Positions 17,730 to 26,953 of a DNA stretch of 46,072 bases are shown piece by piece. The stretch covers positions 1 through 46,072 of the IMG/VR virus record IMGVR_UViG_3300042196_000420; one strand, given 5' to 3'. Made by a program: the position numbers and the translations under genes. The DNA is from a virus. Taxonomy: Duplodnaviria > Caudoviricetes. Each line of letters starts with the position of its first letter. Position 1 is the first letter of the stretch. The notes beneath the pieces are model-generated. The model worked only from the letters and a program-made list of their open reading frames with translations, had not been told where the DNA came from and made no database searches.

Positions 17730-18850
17730 TCAAGCCCCGTTACATAGACCGCCCCGGCGGTATCAACCGCCAAAAAGTCCAGTCTCGTAATCCCTGTAAA
17801 GAATGAAAGTTCAAGCTTGTCCCCTCGCTTGATAAAGCCCCTCTGGTTTGCTGTAGTTAGTTTGGTTCCAGCATCGGCATCGCTTATCACCGAATCAACC
17901 CAGTACATATCCTCCTCGCAATAGATGCGGACATGTTTCTTAGAAGAACTGAATGCAATGGAATTGCTTGCCGCCAAATATGAGGTCGAGACAGCGGGCT
18001 TTTCCCTATGCTCTCTTGCCCCGCCGACAAGTGAGGATATGATGGTGTCCTGCTTGGCTTCCGTAGCGGCCGCCGCCGTGATCTTGTTCAAGACCGCACT
18101 TAAGGTCACCTCTGTCGAGAAGTCCTTGGCAAGCAAGGCATCCTGCTTGGCCTCTGTAGCCGGAGTCGCTATAATCTTGGCAAGGATGGCCGCAAGCGTG
18201 GCCTCCGTGGCGAAGTCCTTAGCTATGAGGGCGTCCTGCTTCGTCTCGGTAGCAGGGGTCGAAATGAGCTTATTCAGGATTGCCAAGAGCGTTGTCTCTG
18301 TAGAGAAGTCCTTGGCAATAAGGATGTCCTGCTTGGATTCAGTAGCCGGAGGGTTCAGGAAATACCGATTCCATATCTTGGCAAGCGTGGCCTCGGTAGC
18401 GAAGTCCTTTAATAGAAGCACATCCTGCTTTGCTTCAGTAGCGGGAGCCGAGATGAGCTTATTGAGAATCTGGGCAAGGGTCGTCTGCGTTGCAAAGTCC
18501 TTTGAAAGCAAAAGGTCTTGCTTTGCCTCCGAGGCCGGAGCAGCAATCAGCTTGGCAAGTATCGCCTTGAGCGTAAGCTCCGTTGCAAAGTCCTTTAAAA
18601 GAAGTTCTGCTTGCTTGGCCTCTGTAGCCGCGCCATCTGGTAGAGGCTGTTTGTTGAGAATGACCACTGCCCCGTTTTCGCCTATGGCATCGGGCCTTAT
18701 CTTGAGCCTTGCAGGGGAGTCTGGGTCGGCAAGCTTTACCGAATCAATCGTCACATCTCCCTGAAGGATAAGCTGGACGGTCGTCCTTATCGCCTCCTGC
18801 GCGGCGTCATATACGGCCTGAATGATGTCTTCAGGTGATTTAGGCGGCAT
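17726..18850 (-). CDS. 31-aa repeat protein, possible head/neck fibre
   Basis: Six tandem ATEAKQDxLLxKDFATExTLxxILxKLIxxP repeats plus a partial seventh. Confidence 0.75.
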   Translation of the reverse strand: MPPKSPEDIIQAVYDAAQEAIRTTVQLILQGDVTIDSVKLADPDSPARLKIRPDAIGENGAVVILNKQPLPDGAATEAKQAELLLKDFATELTLKAILAKLIAAPASEAKQDLLLSKDFATQTTLAQILNKLISAPATEAKQDVLLLKDFATEATLAKIWNRYFLNPPATESKQDILIAKDFSTETTLLAILNKLISTPATETKQDALIAKDFATEATLAAILAKIIATPATEAKQDALLAKDFSTEVTLSAVLNKITAAAATEAKQDTIISSLVGGAREHREKPAVSTSYLAASNSIAFSSSKKHVRIYCEEDMYWVDSVISDADAGTKLTTANQRGFIKRGDKLELSFFTGITRLDFLAVDTAGAVYVTGLE

Positions 18851-18853
18851 CGC

Positions 18854-19615
18854 TTATCCTTTCCTGCCGAACCAGAAATAGAAGCCCTCGTCGTCCTTTT
18901 CTTCTTCAAGCACGGTAAAGCCGTTTTCCATGAAGAGCCTTCTAATGGCGTCCGGACTAAAGTAGAAAAGCTCCTTATCATCGAAGTCCTCAGTTATCTC
19001 CCGTAAGTGAACGCAGGCAAGTCCTCTGGGCTTAAGAATCTCATTCAGTTTTAGAACTGCCTGCTTAGGGTCTGAAAGCTCCCCGAAGTTATCCCAAAAT
19101 AAGACAAGCTCAAACATATTAGATTTGAACCCGGCGGTATCGAGCCATGCCTCTTTGACATCGAGATAGCTTGCCTTTGCGTACTCGACAGCGTTCCTGC
19201 TCGTGTCTATCCCGTCTATATCCCAGCCGTACTTCTGGAACTCCCTAAGCCGGAAACCGAGCCCGCAGTTCACGTCGAGGACGTTCTTGCCAAACGAGTT
19301 CAAGGCCGCTTCCCTTCCGCTTGTGTGCTTGTGATAGCCCTTCATGACTTCGATGGCTGCATGGGACTGCTCTTTAATCTCCGCCCCATGCGACCCCGTC
19401 ATGGAATTCTTAAACCTGTTATTCCTCTGGACGGCCAGGTACCCAAGCGAAGGCCGGGGGTTCTGAAACAAAAGTCCGCAGTCCTCGCACTTGCAGATAG
19501 AGAGGTCTCCCGTCTTCTTGAACTCCCCACCTCCGCCATCACAGACAGGGCATCTCACCGTCCTCACGGGTTCAGAAGCAGGCGGCTCTTCGCTCTTTAC
19601 CTTCGCTTTAGCCAT
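18854..19615 (-). CDS. Class I SAM-dependent methyltransferase with N-terminal CxxC..CxxC
   Basis: CPVC..CEDCGLLFQNPR; VLDVNCGLG motif I; GIDTS; LKPRG. Confidence 0.85.
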   Translation of the reverse strand: MAKAKVKSEEPPASEPVRTVRCPVCDGGGGEFKKTGDLSICKCEDCGLLFQNPRPSLGYLAVQRNNRFKNSMTGSHGAEIKEQSHAAIEVMKGYHKHTSGREAALNSFGKNVLDVNCGLGFRLREFQKYGWDIDGIDTSRNAVEYAKASYLDVKEAWLDTAGFKSNMFELVLFWDNFGELSDPKQAVLKLNEILKPRGLACVHLREITEDFDDKELFYFSPDAIRRLFMENGFTVLEEEKDDEGFYFWFGRKG

Positions 19616-19618
19616 TCG

Positions 19619-20572
19619 TTATGCTCCGACCGAAATCTGCTCTGCTATGCAGACCGCATCCGTTTCCTCATAGGTGCAGTCCACCTTGCTTGTAAAGGCG
19701 TACTGCCTCACGCGGGAGAAGATGTTCTTGTCCCTCTCAAGCGTCATCGAGCGGTGGATGCCGGTTATGAGGTTCTTCTTGAGCGTGAGTATCGCAAAGG
19801 TCATGTCGTTATGTGCGGCTCCGCCTATGCTCTCCGAGATGTTGCTTGGAATCATGGGCACGCGCACAAGCGGGATGCCCGCATAGGTGGCCGGGGCGTT
19901 CTCAAGCAGAAACTTGTCCCCCGCCGGAGTCGGCCTCTGTCCGAGGAGCTTCTTGTAGTTATGCTCGAACTTGGGGCTAACGTAAAACCGGAGGTCGTTA
20001 TAGTCGCGGAGATACTTCTCAGGCATTATATCGAGGAGCTTGCCCAAGACATCCGTCGAGATGCCGTTTCCGCCGTGGTTATAGAGATGCCCGCTTGCCT
20101 TTGCGAGCTTTCGCCATCCGTTTGTGAGCTTGAGGTATGTGTCCGTCGGATGGTCGACGTCACCCATGATGTAAAGCTCCTCGTGATCCATCGCTATCTG
20201 CGTGGCAAAGAGCTTGATGATGGAGTCCTCGAGGTTCTCGCCTTCGATGTTGTCCTCGAAGACATCATAGGTAATCTCAAACGGCGTCATTATCTCCGCC
20301 GTATCGAGAGTCACCTTGCTGAACGTGGCCTTCTGCCTCACCCCCGGGTCTTGCCCCTCGGTTGCCGGAACCGATGCCCTTGCCCCGATGCCTATCTTGT
20401 TGATGTCCCTCTTCCGGGACTTCATCGGTATCTGCCTTGCGTCCTTAGCCATAACCGATAAGTCCTGAAGATAGGTTATGAATTTGTCCGCCTGCTCGGT
20501 GTTAAGCTCCCCGCCACCTGCTATGAGGTCAGCGGTCTCAAGCGCCTTCTGTAATAGCTCGTTCTGATTCAT
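19619..20572 (-). CDS. Major capsid protein (HK97 fold)
   Basis: GGELNTEQADKFI..EDNIEG..MPEKY; position after protease/scaffold. Confidence 0.9.
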   Translation of the reverse strand: MNQNELLQKALETADLIAGGGELNTEQADKFITYLQDLSVMAKDARQIPMKSRKRDINKIGIGARASVPATEGQDPGVRQKATFSKVTLDTAEIMTPFEITYDVFEDNIEGENLEDSIIKLFATQIAMDHEELYIMGDVDHPTDTYLKLTNGWRKLAKASGHLYNHGGNGISTDVLGKLLDIMPEKYLRDYNDLRFYVSPKFEHNYKKLLGQRPTPAGDKFLLENAPATYAGIPLVRVPMIPSNISESIGGAAHNDMTFAILTLKKNLITGIHRSMTLERDKNIFSRVRQYAFTSKVDCTYEETDAVCIAEQISVGA

Positions 20573-20590
20573 CGTTTATCCCCCTTCTGG

Positions 20591-21787
20591 TTAAACCAGT
20601 CCTTTCCACATAGATTTGCCCTTGCCCTCACCTGCAAGGGCGTCCTGCCCGTCAATCGAAGTCTTTATTGCAGGTACTCCTTCAATGGCATCGAGCCTTT
20701 TTGAAAGCCTCTCGATTGTTCCGGCCAGAGTAGGCTCGCCGTTGTCCTTACCATCAGGCTCGGCCATGCCAAGGGCCTTTGTTATCTTTCCTATCGAATC
20801 CTCAAGCGAGTCTAACTTCTTTACGAGGTCGCCATCCTCCGCGTTGTCCTTCTTCTCGCTGTCCGGAGTCTCGGCCTCGGCTATCAACTCCTGAAGCTTC
20901 GTAAGGAGCTTCTTTATCCGCGAGAGCTGTCCGGTGCTTATCTCCTTTATCTTCCGGCCCGCCTTCTCGAACTCCGCCTCATCATCGCTATCGTCCTTCC
21001 CCGCCTGTTTGCACGGGCAACCCTTCTCCGTGGTGCTCAGGATGGTCTTGACCTCCTCAAGCATCTTCTTGCGCTTGTCGTCCTTCTCGCCCGCCAAGAG
21101 CTTATCGAGCAGAAGTAAAGCCCGCTTATCCGGAGAGGCCTTGGCCTTCTCCACCTCCGGCGGCTTTACGCTCTCTACCGGCTCAAGGTCTCCCGATGCC
21201 TCGACCAGTTCCTCTTCAATGATTTCTACCTCATCAGCCATATCTATCCCTCCTTCCATATTGGCTTCCATTTCCTCTATCTCGCCTCCACCCGATTCGT
21301 ACTCCTCAAGGGCCTTCTCTATGTACCACCTGAGAGCCCGTGCTTTCGGATTAGCAGGCACTGCCACGAGCGAGACCTCAAGGAGTTGCATCTTGAATAT
21401 CACGCGGGCGTATTGTTTAAGCTCCGGTATCCACTCCTTCTTGGCATCGAGAATCTTCCCCCTGATGGAGAATTTATTCAGAACTCCCTCTGTAATCTTC
21501 TGCCAGATATCGGGGGCGGTCTTTGAGATGAATATCTTGAGCCAGAGTCCGCCCTCGCGGGCCTCGGACTTTTCGACCTTGCCGATTGCCTCATCGGCAT
21601 TATGGTTATGAAGCACGGTCGAGTTCTCGATAAGGTCCTTGGCCGATGCCTCGATTGCCTGCTGGGTAATGATGTCTTCCTGAAGGTCGAAGTCGCTTGT
21701 TGCGGCAAACCCCTCGACAATCCAGTTGCCCTCGTCTTCGTAAGCCTTCTCTATATCTAAAGCGCACTCAAACTTAATTGCCTGCAC
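20591..21787 (-). CDS. Prohead protease fused to acidic scaffold region
   Basis: VEGFA..DLQEDII..VLHNH..FSIRG..EVSLVAVPANP; charged coiled-coil C-terminus. Confidence 0.9.
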   Translation of the reverse strand: MQAIKFECALDIEKAYEDEGNWIVEGFAATSDFDLQEDIITQQAIEASAKDLIENSTVLHNHNADEAIGKVEKSEAREGGLWLKIFISKTAPDIWQKITEGVLNKFSIRGKILDAKKEWIPELKQYARVIFKMQLLEVSLVAVPANPKARALRWYIEKALEEYESGGGEIEEMEANMEGGIDMADEVEIIEEELVEASGDLEPVESVKPPEVEKAKASPDKRALLLLDKLLAGEKDDKRKKMLEEVKTILSTTEKGCPCKQAGKDDSDDEAEFEKAGRKIKEISTGQLSRIKKLLTKLQELIAEAETPDSEKKDNAEDGDLVKKLDSLEDSIGKITKALGMAEPDGKDNGEPTLAGTIERLSKRLDAIEGVPAIKTSIDGQDALAGEGKGKSMWKGLV

Positions 21788-22769
21788 TCAAGTTCTCCTT
21801 TTCCTCAAAAGGCAGATTCATATGCGGGTCTGCCTGACCTCGTGCCTTGCCGAATACAAGGTTTTCGTGTTGCTCTTCGTCACGGCCCGACGGGAAGCCC
21901 GATGTCTGCCGGTAGGTAATCTTGTATTTCTTCACCATCCGCTTGAACTTGCCAACCTCGGCCGCCCACGGCACCTGACAGTTCCGGGCTGAGGAAACGA
22001 AGATATGCCCTGTGCTCTTACAGAGCCTGTGAAGGATATCCACCGCCTCTTCCTTCTTGAGGTCTTCCTCTTTCCACTGCTCTTGCAGAAGTACCGAATT
22101 GGAGACTTTGTAAGAGTTGAAATAAAGCACATGCCCCTTGTCCTTCCTGAAAAAGGGCGGGTCGAAGTAAACGACATCGGACTTGGGGAACGTCGTCTTC
22201 CGTGCATCGAGGTTTGTAATCTTTCCCTTGCCGCCAATCTCACCGATAAGGCCGTTTACCTCTTTTATGGCATGACCGAGGATGCGCTTCACATCGGGAA
22301 TGGTCTCCCAGTTGCGGGTGGAGTAGCCGCTCCCTGAATCCGAGTACATGGTCTGAAGGAGCCGGGATGCAATCGCCCGGGCCGTATGGAGCTTATTGCC
22401 AGTAAAGTCCTTTGTGGCAAGCACAAGGCCGTCTATATACCTCCGAATCTCCCGCTTACGGGGATACATTCCTTTCCACTCGGTCGTTAGCCATCCGTCC
22501 TTGGGGGAGGTGTTTACGAGCTTCTCGATCTCAGTCTCTGAAAATGCCGCTCCTTCGAATATGCCCTTTGAATACCAATAAGGGACGATGGAGAGGTCGT
22601 TGCCTGTTACCCGATAGCCCTTTCTTGCGGCCTCGATAAGCACGGACGAGCACCCGCAACATGGGTCAAAGACGGTGCCGCCGTCTTCCGGGAACTTCTT
22701 TGCGATGTAGTCGGCAAACCGCCTTTTGTTGCCGATGTAATTCGCCTTATCTATGATGTTCTCTTTCAT
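21774..22769 (-). CDS. DNA adenine methyltransferase-like protein (D12/Dam-like)
   Basis: NYIGNK, VFDPCCGCSSV (motif I), GNDL, VYFDPPF (motif IV). Confidence 0.82.
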   Translation of the reverse strand: MKENIIDKANYIGNKRRFADYIAKKFPEDGGTVFDPCCGCSSVLIEAARKGYRVTGNDLSIVPYWYSKGIFEGAAFSETEIEKLVNTSPKDGWLTTEWKGMYPRKREIRRYIDGLVLATKDFTGNKLHTARAIASRLLQTMYSDSGSGYSTRNWETIPDVKRILGHAIKEVNGLIGEIGGKGKITNLDARKTTFPKSDVVYFDPPFFRKDKGHVLYFNSYKVSNSVLLQEQWKEEDLKKEEAVDILHRLCKSTGHIFVSSARNCQVPWAAEVGKFKRMVKKYKITYRQTSGFPSGRDEEQHENLVFGKARGQADPHMNLPFEEKENLSAGN

Positions 22770-22777
22770 ATTCTCAC

Positions 22778-23707
22778 CTACTCAATCGTTACGGTGCACC
22801 TGCACGAAGCGTGCAATGGGGCTATCCCGATACCATTATCCTCAAGCCAGCTTGTGGGCTTGCCGCGCATGTATTCCCTGCCTGCCGATGTCCGGATGTA
22901 GAAGTCATCCTTGGCCTTGTCATGAGAGGGCCATGGCGATATCCACTCGATATCGGAAGGAGACTTCTCAATTGCCATCCTTACCCGGCTCATCATCCTT
23001 GGGACGCTGAACTCAAGGCCGTCGAGATAAGAGCACCGGCTACATGTCCTCTCATCGCCGACCGCCCGCCAGATGTAGGTTTCTATCTCGGCCTCTTCCA
23101 TAGAGAAAAGGCTCCCCCAGTTGCGGGCACGGTTTACGCTTGCCGATGCCACGCGGTTATAAAGCTCCATCTTTCCGGGAGCTTGAGAACTGCCGAACGT
23201 AAGGTCTCTGAGTTTCTTTGCAATGTCCTTTCTACCGAGGCCGTCCTTTAAGCCCTGAGTGATGGTCTCCTTGAAGCTGTCCCTCATATGCGAAGGGAAG
23301 ACCTTCCCAATCCAGAACCTGTCGTGCTCAACCATCCAGTCCAATGCGGCCCTGTGAGCCTCGTCAAAAAGCGTCTGGATGCCCTGAGGGATTCCCTTCA
23401 TGGCCTTGCCAGCCTTAAACGCCCGGAAGAGATACTTCTTTGCCTCAGGCTCGAATTTTTCTGCGAGGTCTTTGCCGAGTATCCTTTCCGCCGACTTGAG
23501 GAGCTTCTCAAGGTTGCCGGTCAAATCGAGATTTTCAAAATTGAGATACTGGTTCTTAAGAGCCTTCTCAAGCGTTGCCCGGTATATCCTCTGGAACGCC
23601 TCTATCTCATTGGCCGCCGCCTTGGAGAGTAGGGCATCGCCAAAGATGTCCGTTATCAGCCTGTCCGCCTTTATGAGGCTTTCAGTCTCTATGACTGCCA
23701 TTTCCAC
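22778..23707 (-). CDS. Minor head protein, Mu gpF / SPP1 gp7 family
   Basis: WRAVGDERTCSRC..LDG; PLHASCRC C-terminus; follows portal. Confidence 0.9.
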   Translation of the reverse strand: MEMAVIETESLIKADRLITDIFGDALLSKAAANEIEAFQRIYRATLEKALKNQYLNFENLDLTGNLEKLLKSAERILGKDLAEKFEPEAKKYLFRAFKAGKAMKGIPQGIQTLFDEAHRAALDWMVEHDRFWIGKVFPSHMRDSFKETITQGLKDGLGRKDIAKKLRDLTFGSSQAPGKMELYNRVASASVNRARNWGSLFSMEEAEIETYIWRAVGDERTCSRCSYLDGLEFSVPRMMSRVRMAIEKSPSDIEWISPWPSHDKAKDDFYIRTSAGREYMRGKPTSWLEDNGIGIAPLHASCRCTVTIE

Positions 23708-25163
23708 CGATGCTTACTCCTCTCTTTGAAAGTTCCTCTCGTATAGAGCCCTGTAAGGTCAAAAGTGAATCGACCAGCTCCCTTGCTGGCTCCTGAGCAA
23801 CCATGGGCAACCTTACTCCGCCCTCGGCAAGGGTATCGAGGCCCAGAGGCCCCATGCTCGACATGATGAAAGGCACATCCGCACCCGGATGCTTAAGCGG
23901 TTTTTGAAGCATCATCTTCCGGCCTTCATTTATCGTGAGGACTCCAAGACGGATGAGCTTCTGGACTATCTCGGCAACCTTGCCCTCATCCGTAACATCA
24001 ATCTCCTTGAACTTAAGCTCCCAGTCCTCGATGCCGAACCCCTGATTGATGAGGAAGTTGTTTATCCGGTATTCAAGCCGCGTCTGCTTGGGCTCGATGA
24101 CGTGGTACTTGAATATCTCCTGCTGGGTCTCGCCTTCGCCTCCCCCACCGAGGCCGCCTTTCTCGGTTAAGCCGATAAGCCTTCCGGGCACGCCATGAGC
24201 GACTCTGATTTCCTCGGCATTGTCGTTTCTGAACATCCGGAAAGAGGCGTCCTTGATGTCCACAGAGAGGGGCTTGATTTCAATGTCCACCTTCTCGCCT
24301 TCTTCCTGAACGACTTCGAGGATAAGCGTCTTATGCGCCTGCCCCTTGATGTGGGTGCGGAAGTATTCTTCTATGCGCTTACGGGTTCCACGGGCAAGCT
24401 CTCCGCCCTTAACGATGATTGCATACTGGGGGATGGCGTTATTGTCGAAGAAGTTGATATTGAAGTCCCCGGCCTTCTTGTTGCCGATAAGTGCCCTGAA
24501 AGCCGGAAGGAAATCAGGAAGTCCGTAATAGCTCGAACGGGGATGATAGTTCTTGATGTGGATGACCTCGTTCAGAAGCCGTCTCTCAGCAATCGGCTTG
24601 TCCTTGTCGCGTGGGTCATAAGCATCTGGACTCTTGGGATCAGAGCTAAAATTCCGGAAGTAGACGAGCTTGTTGTCCCTCTGCTGGATAAAGCCCTTCT
24701 TGTCTTTCCGAACCCGCATCGTGACAGCCGGAATATGGTAAATCTCCTTAGGCGGGCCTTGACCGAAGCGATTACGGACAATCTCGAAGTATCCGTTGCC
24801 GAGGGCCTCGAAGTCGGTAAGGACATTCTCCAGAACCTCGCCCCATGTCATCTCGGAGTTAGGGAAGTTGAAGAACCTCCTGAGGGTCTCCTTGTTTTTC
24901 TCGTCGGGCTTCTCGATGCCCTCAGGAGATACGAAGTCAAAACCGAGACCTGCCGTGGTGATTGCCTTTGCCTTGACGCACCTGTAATGCCATGTGTTTA
25001 TCTCAAGGAAGAGGGCGAGGGAGTTGAGATTGTAAGGCGGCTCTTTGGCCCCGGTCTTATCGTAATCCCATGTGTCTTCGGTAAGCTGTGTAGACCGACC
25101 GGCGGCATCGAGGGCTTCCTCTTTGCCTTTGCCAAGAACCTCTGCTTTGACCAAACCAGACAT
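23682..25163 (-). CDS. Portal protein (PBSX-like)
   Basis: EPPYN..DFEALGNGYFEIVR..YYGLPD..FFDNNAIP..AHGVP..LTINEGR. Confidence 0.93.
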   Translation of the reverse strand: MSGLVKAEVLGKGKEEALDAAGRSTQLTEDTWDYDKTGAKEPPYNLNSLALFLEINTWHYRCVKAKAITTAGLGFDFVSPEGIEKPDEKNKETLRRFFNFPNSEMTWGEVLENVLTDFEALGNGYFEIVRNRFGQGPPKEIYHIPAVTMRVRKDKKGFIQQRDNKLVYFRNFSSDPKSPDAYDPRDKDKPIAERRLLNEVIHIKNYHPRSSYYGLPDFLPAFRALIGNKKAGDFNINFFDNNAIPQYAIIVKGGELARGTRKRIEEYFRTHIKGQAHKTLILEVVQEEGEKVDIEIKPLSVDIKDASFRMFRNDNAEEIRVAHGVPGRLIGLTEKGGLGGGGEGETQQEIFKYHVIEPKQTRLEYRINNFLINQGFGIEDWELKFKEIDVTDEGKVAEIVQKLIRLGVLTINEGRKMMLQKPLKHPGADVPFIMSSMGPLGLDTLAEGGVRLPMVAQEPARELVDSLLTLQGSIREELSKRGVSIGGNGSHRD

Positions 25164-25284
25164 TCAGCCTCCTTACGCAAATAAAAAGGGCCAAGGCCCA
25201 TACGCTTGAGTCAAGACTTTGTTCAAGCATAGGGCCTCAGCCCTTTGGAGGCTGAAGCAGACTCAAATCAAGATTTAGTTCAAG
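25163..25284 (-). promoter_or_regulatory. Structured leader of head operon: terminator-like hairpin + U tract, anti-SD, alternative stem
   Basis: 24-bp stem 25223-25246 / 25185-25209 ending in a U5 tract; 25247-25256 is complementary to SD/start 25163-25172. Confidence 0.7.
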
Positions 25285-25303
25285 AACTTATTCGCTAATT
25301 TCT

Positions 25304-25332
25304 ACTATAAGCATGACGCAGACAGATAGCAA
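25304..25332 (-). promoter_or_regulatory. Sigma70-type promoter TTGCTA-17-TATAGT for head/tail operon
   Basis: Near-consensus hexamers at 17-bp spacing with upstream A tract. Confidence 0.6.
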
Positions 25333-25374
25333 ATGTTTTTCGCTCTAAAGCAAAAGTTTTTCGTTTGAGCGCAA

Positions 25375-25569
25375 TTACAACGTCCGCCATCTTCTTGAAT
25401 AATCCCTGTGATAATTCGGATGAGATTCCCTCCATTTTCGCTCATAAGATTTCCTTCCCTCATCCCTGCATTGTTCACTACAGTTCTTTCGGTAAGGATG
25501 GAACTTGTCGGGCTCAAATGGTTTCCCGCATACCCGGCATGTGTTATTCCTGTTTTCCGCCATGACCAT
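25375..25569 (-). CDS. Small zinc-finger protein (CxxC-x15-CxxxC, basic tail)
   Basis: TCRVCGKPF..NCSEQCR..YHRDYSRRW; starts 2 nt after recombinase stop. Confidence 0.6.
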   Translation of the reverse strand: MVMAENRNNTCRVCGKPFEPDKFHPYRKNCSEQCRDEGRKSYERKWRESHPNYHRDYSRRWRTL

Positions 25570-25570
25570 T

Positions 25571-26353
25571 CTATTGGCACTTCCCAAAAAGCACATCCGA
25601 AACAATCGCATCGTGCTGGGCGCGGATAAAGGTTCCCTCGAACTCCACCCGCCCGGTATAGAAGCGGTTACCGAGGATGCCCCGGATAGTTGAAACCTGC
25701 CACTTGCCACCGCGCTTGGTCTTGATGCTGTCACCGTTGAGCCTGTCGCATATCCACTGGAGGGTCTTGCCCTCGGTCTTCCAAAGAAATATCTGCTCAA
25801 TGACCTCCGCCTCTTCCTTGACGACGACAACGCCATCTCCATCCTTCGCATACCCGTATGGAAGCCAGCCTCCGATATAACCTCCCTCCGATGCCTTCTC
25901 GCGCTTCCCCTTGGAAAGCCTCTCGTATATAAGCCTTCCCTCGAACTCGGCTACCGAGGACATGATATTCCGATAAAGGGCTCCGGTCGGGGTGGAGGTG
26001 TCCACGCCTTCTCGCAAGAAGACGGTATCTATGCCATGCTTTCTGAGATAGCCGTCAATCTCGATAACGTCCTTCACAGACCGCCCGACCCTGTCTATCG
26101 AGGGGAAGACCACGACATCGAACCTGCCTTCCTTGGCGGCCTGTAGGAGCTTCTCAAGTGCAGGCCGGTCTTTCTTGTAACCGGAGACGCCTTCTTCCCG
26201 GTAGACCTCTACCAGCTCCCATCCCTTGTACTCGACATGCTTTCTTATCTCCGCCTCTTGGGCACCGAGGCCGTACCCGTTCTTTGCCGCCCGTTCCTGT
26301 GAGACCCGGATATACCCGGCGGCCCGGATAGCTATGTCGCTATGCTCTATCAT
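25571..26353 (-). CDS. Serine recombinase (resolvase + recombinase domain, no Zn-ribbon/coiled coil)
   Basis: GYIRVS catalytic Ser, SG..DRPAL, IDRVGR, DTSTPTG, AEFE, PYGY, ILGNRFYTG. Confidence 0.93.
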   Translation of the reverse strand: MIEHSDIAIRAAGYIRVSQERAAKNGYGLGAQEAEIRKHVEYKGWELVEVYREEGVSGYKKDRPALEKLLQAAKEGRFDVVVFPSIDRVGRSVKDVIEIDGYLRKHGIDTVFLREGVDTSTPTGALYRNIMSSVAEFEGRLIYERLSKGKREKASEGGYIGGWLPYGYAKDGDGVVVVKEEAEVIEQIFLWKTEGKTLQWICDRLNGDSIKTKRGGKWQVSTIRGILGNRFYTGRVEFEGTFIRAQHDAIVSDVLFGKCQ

Positions 26354-26594
26354 CCTCTGTTATCTCCGTCTGCTTAATCTTGGCTATGAATTCGGCCACC
26401 TTAAGCCTCTTTTTGGCCTCCCTCTCGGCCTCTGCCTTGCTTGTGAAGATGGTGGCGTTTTCTTCTATCGAGAGGCCGCCCTTGAACCTAAGCCCGAGGG
26501 TCTTAATTGTCTCCTCCGAGAGAATGTCCTCAAGCTTGCTTCCCTCCACGGCGTCTGTCACAACATAGAACTTGTCATTGGGTCCGATTTTCAT
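26340..26594 (-). CDS. Hypothetical protein, 84 aa
   Basis: AAGGAGG RBS before ATG 26594; overlaps recombinase start. Confidence 0.7.
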   Translation of the reverse strand: MKIGPNDKFYVVTDAVEGSKLEDILSEETIKTLGLRFKGGLSIEENATIFTSKAEAEREAKKRLKVAEFIAKIKQTEITEDDRA

Positions 26595-26642
26595 GGTGCT
26601 CCTCCTTTCGTTTTCTGATCCCATGACGCCGTGTTTACATAG

Positions 26643-26662
26643 TAAAGTCAAGCTCAAAGCGA
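26643..26662 (-). repeat. 20-bp element TCGCTTTGAGCTTGACTTTA, copy 1
   Basis: Exact inverted copy at 44400-44419. Confidence 0.9.
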
Positions 26663-26953
26663 AATCCGACCGTTTGTATTGCGAAAATTCCAAATCAAAA
26701 TCATGCCCGTCATATTTCCGGTGTAGCCGGTGGTTTTCGGGTCGGGATTTTCTAACAAAATTTAGGGTAAGGCTTCCCGAATCCTGCATATGTTTAAAAT
26801 TCCTTTTAAATATCAAAGCTTATAACCTCTCCCATGGTCGCATCGTTAAGCGAAAGGTGTTTGACCCTATGCGTCTCGGGCAAATCGATTTTGCTACAGT
26901 AACCACATATCCGTATACCTGCATATAAGCTATTTCTTCAAGCTCCAAGCCGC

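Noticed and set aside
18854-20572. MCP and methyltransferase are in frame (TAA CGA ATG), suggesting a read-through fusion
   Set aside because: TAA is rarely read through and the MTase has its own GGAG RBS
22778-23707. MuF polymorphic toxin
   Set aside because: Protein ends right after the HxxCRC motif with no toxin extension or immunity gene
17925-24195. Long plus-strand ORFs (e.g. 17925-18764, 19325-20461, 20934-21611) and similar ones elsewhere
   Set aside because: Antisense shadows of well-supported minus-strand genes with no recognisable motifs
26595-26816. N-terminal extension of the 26340..26816 ORF
   Set aside because: Strong RBS at ATG 26594; the upstream part is AT-richer regulatory sequence containing the 20-bp element
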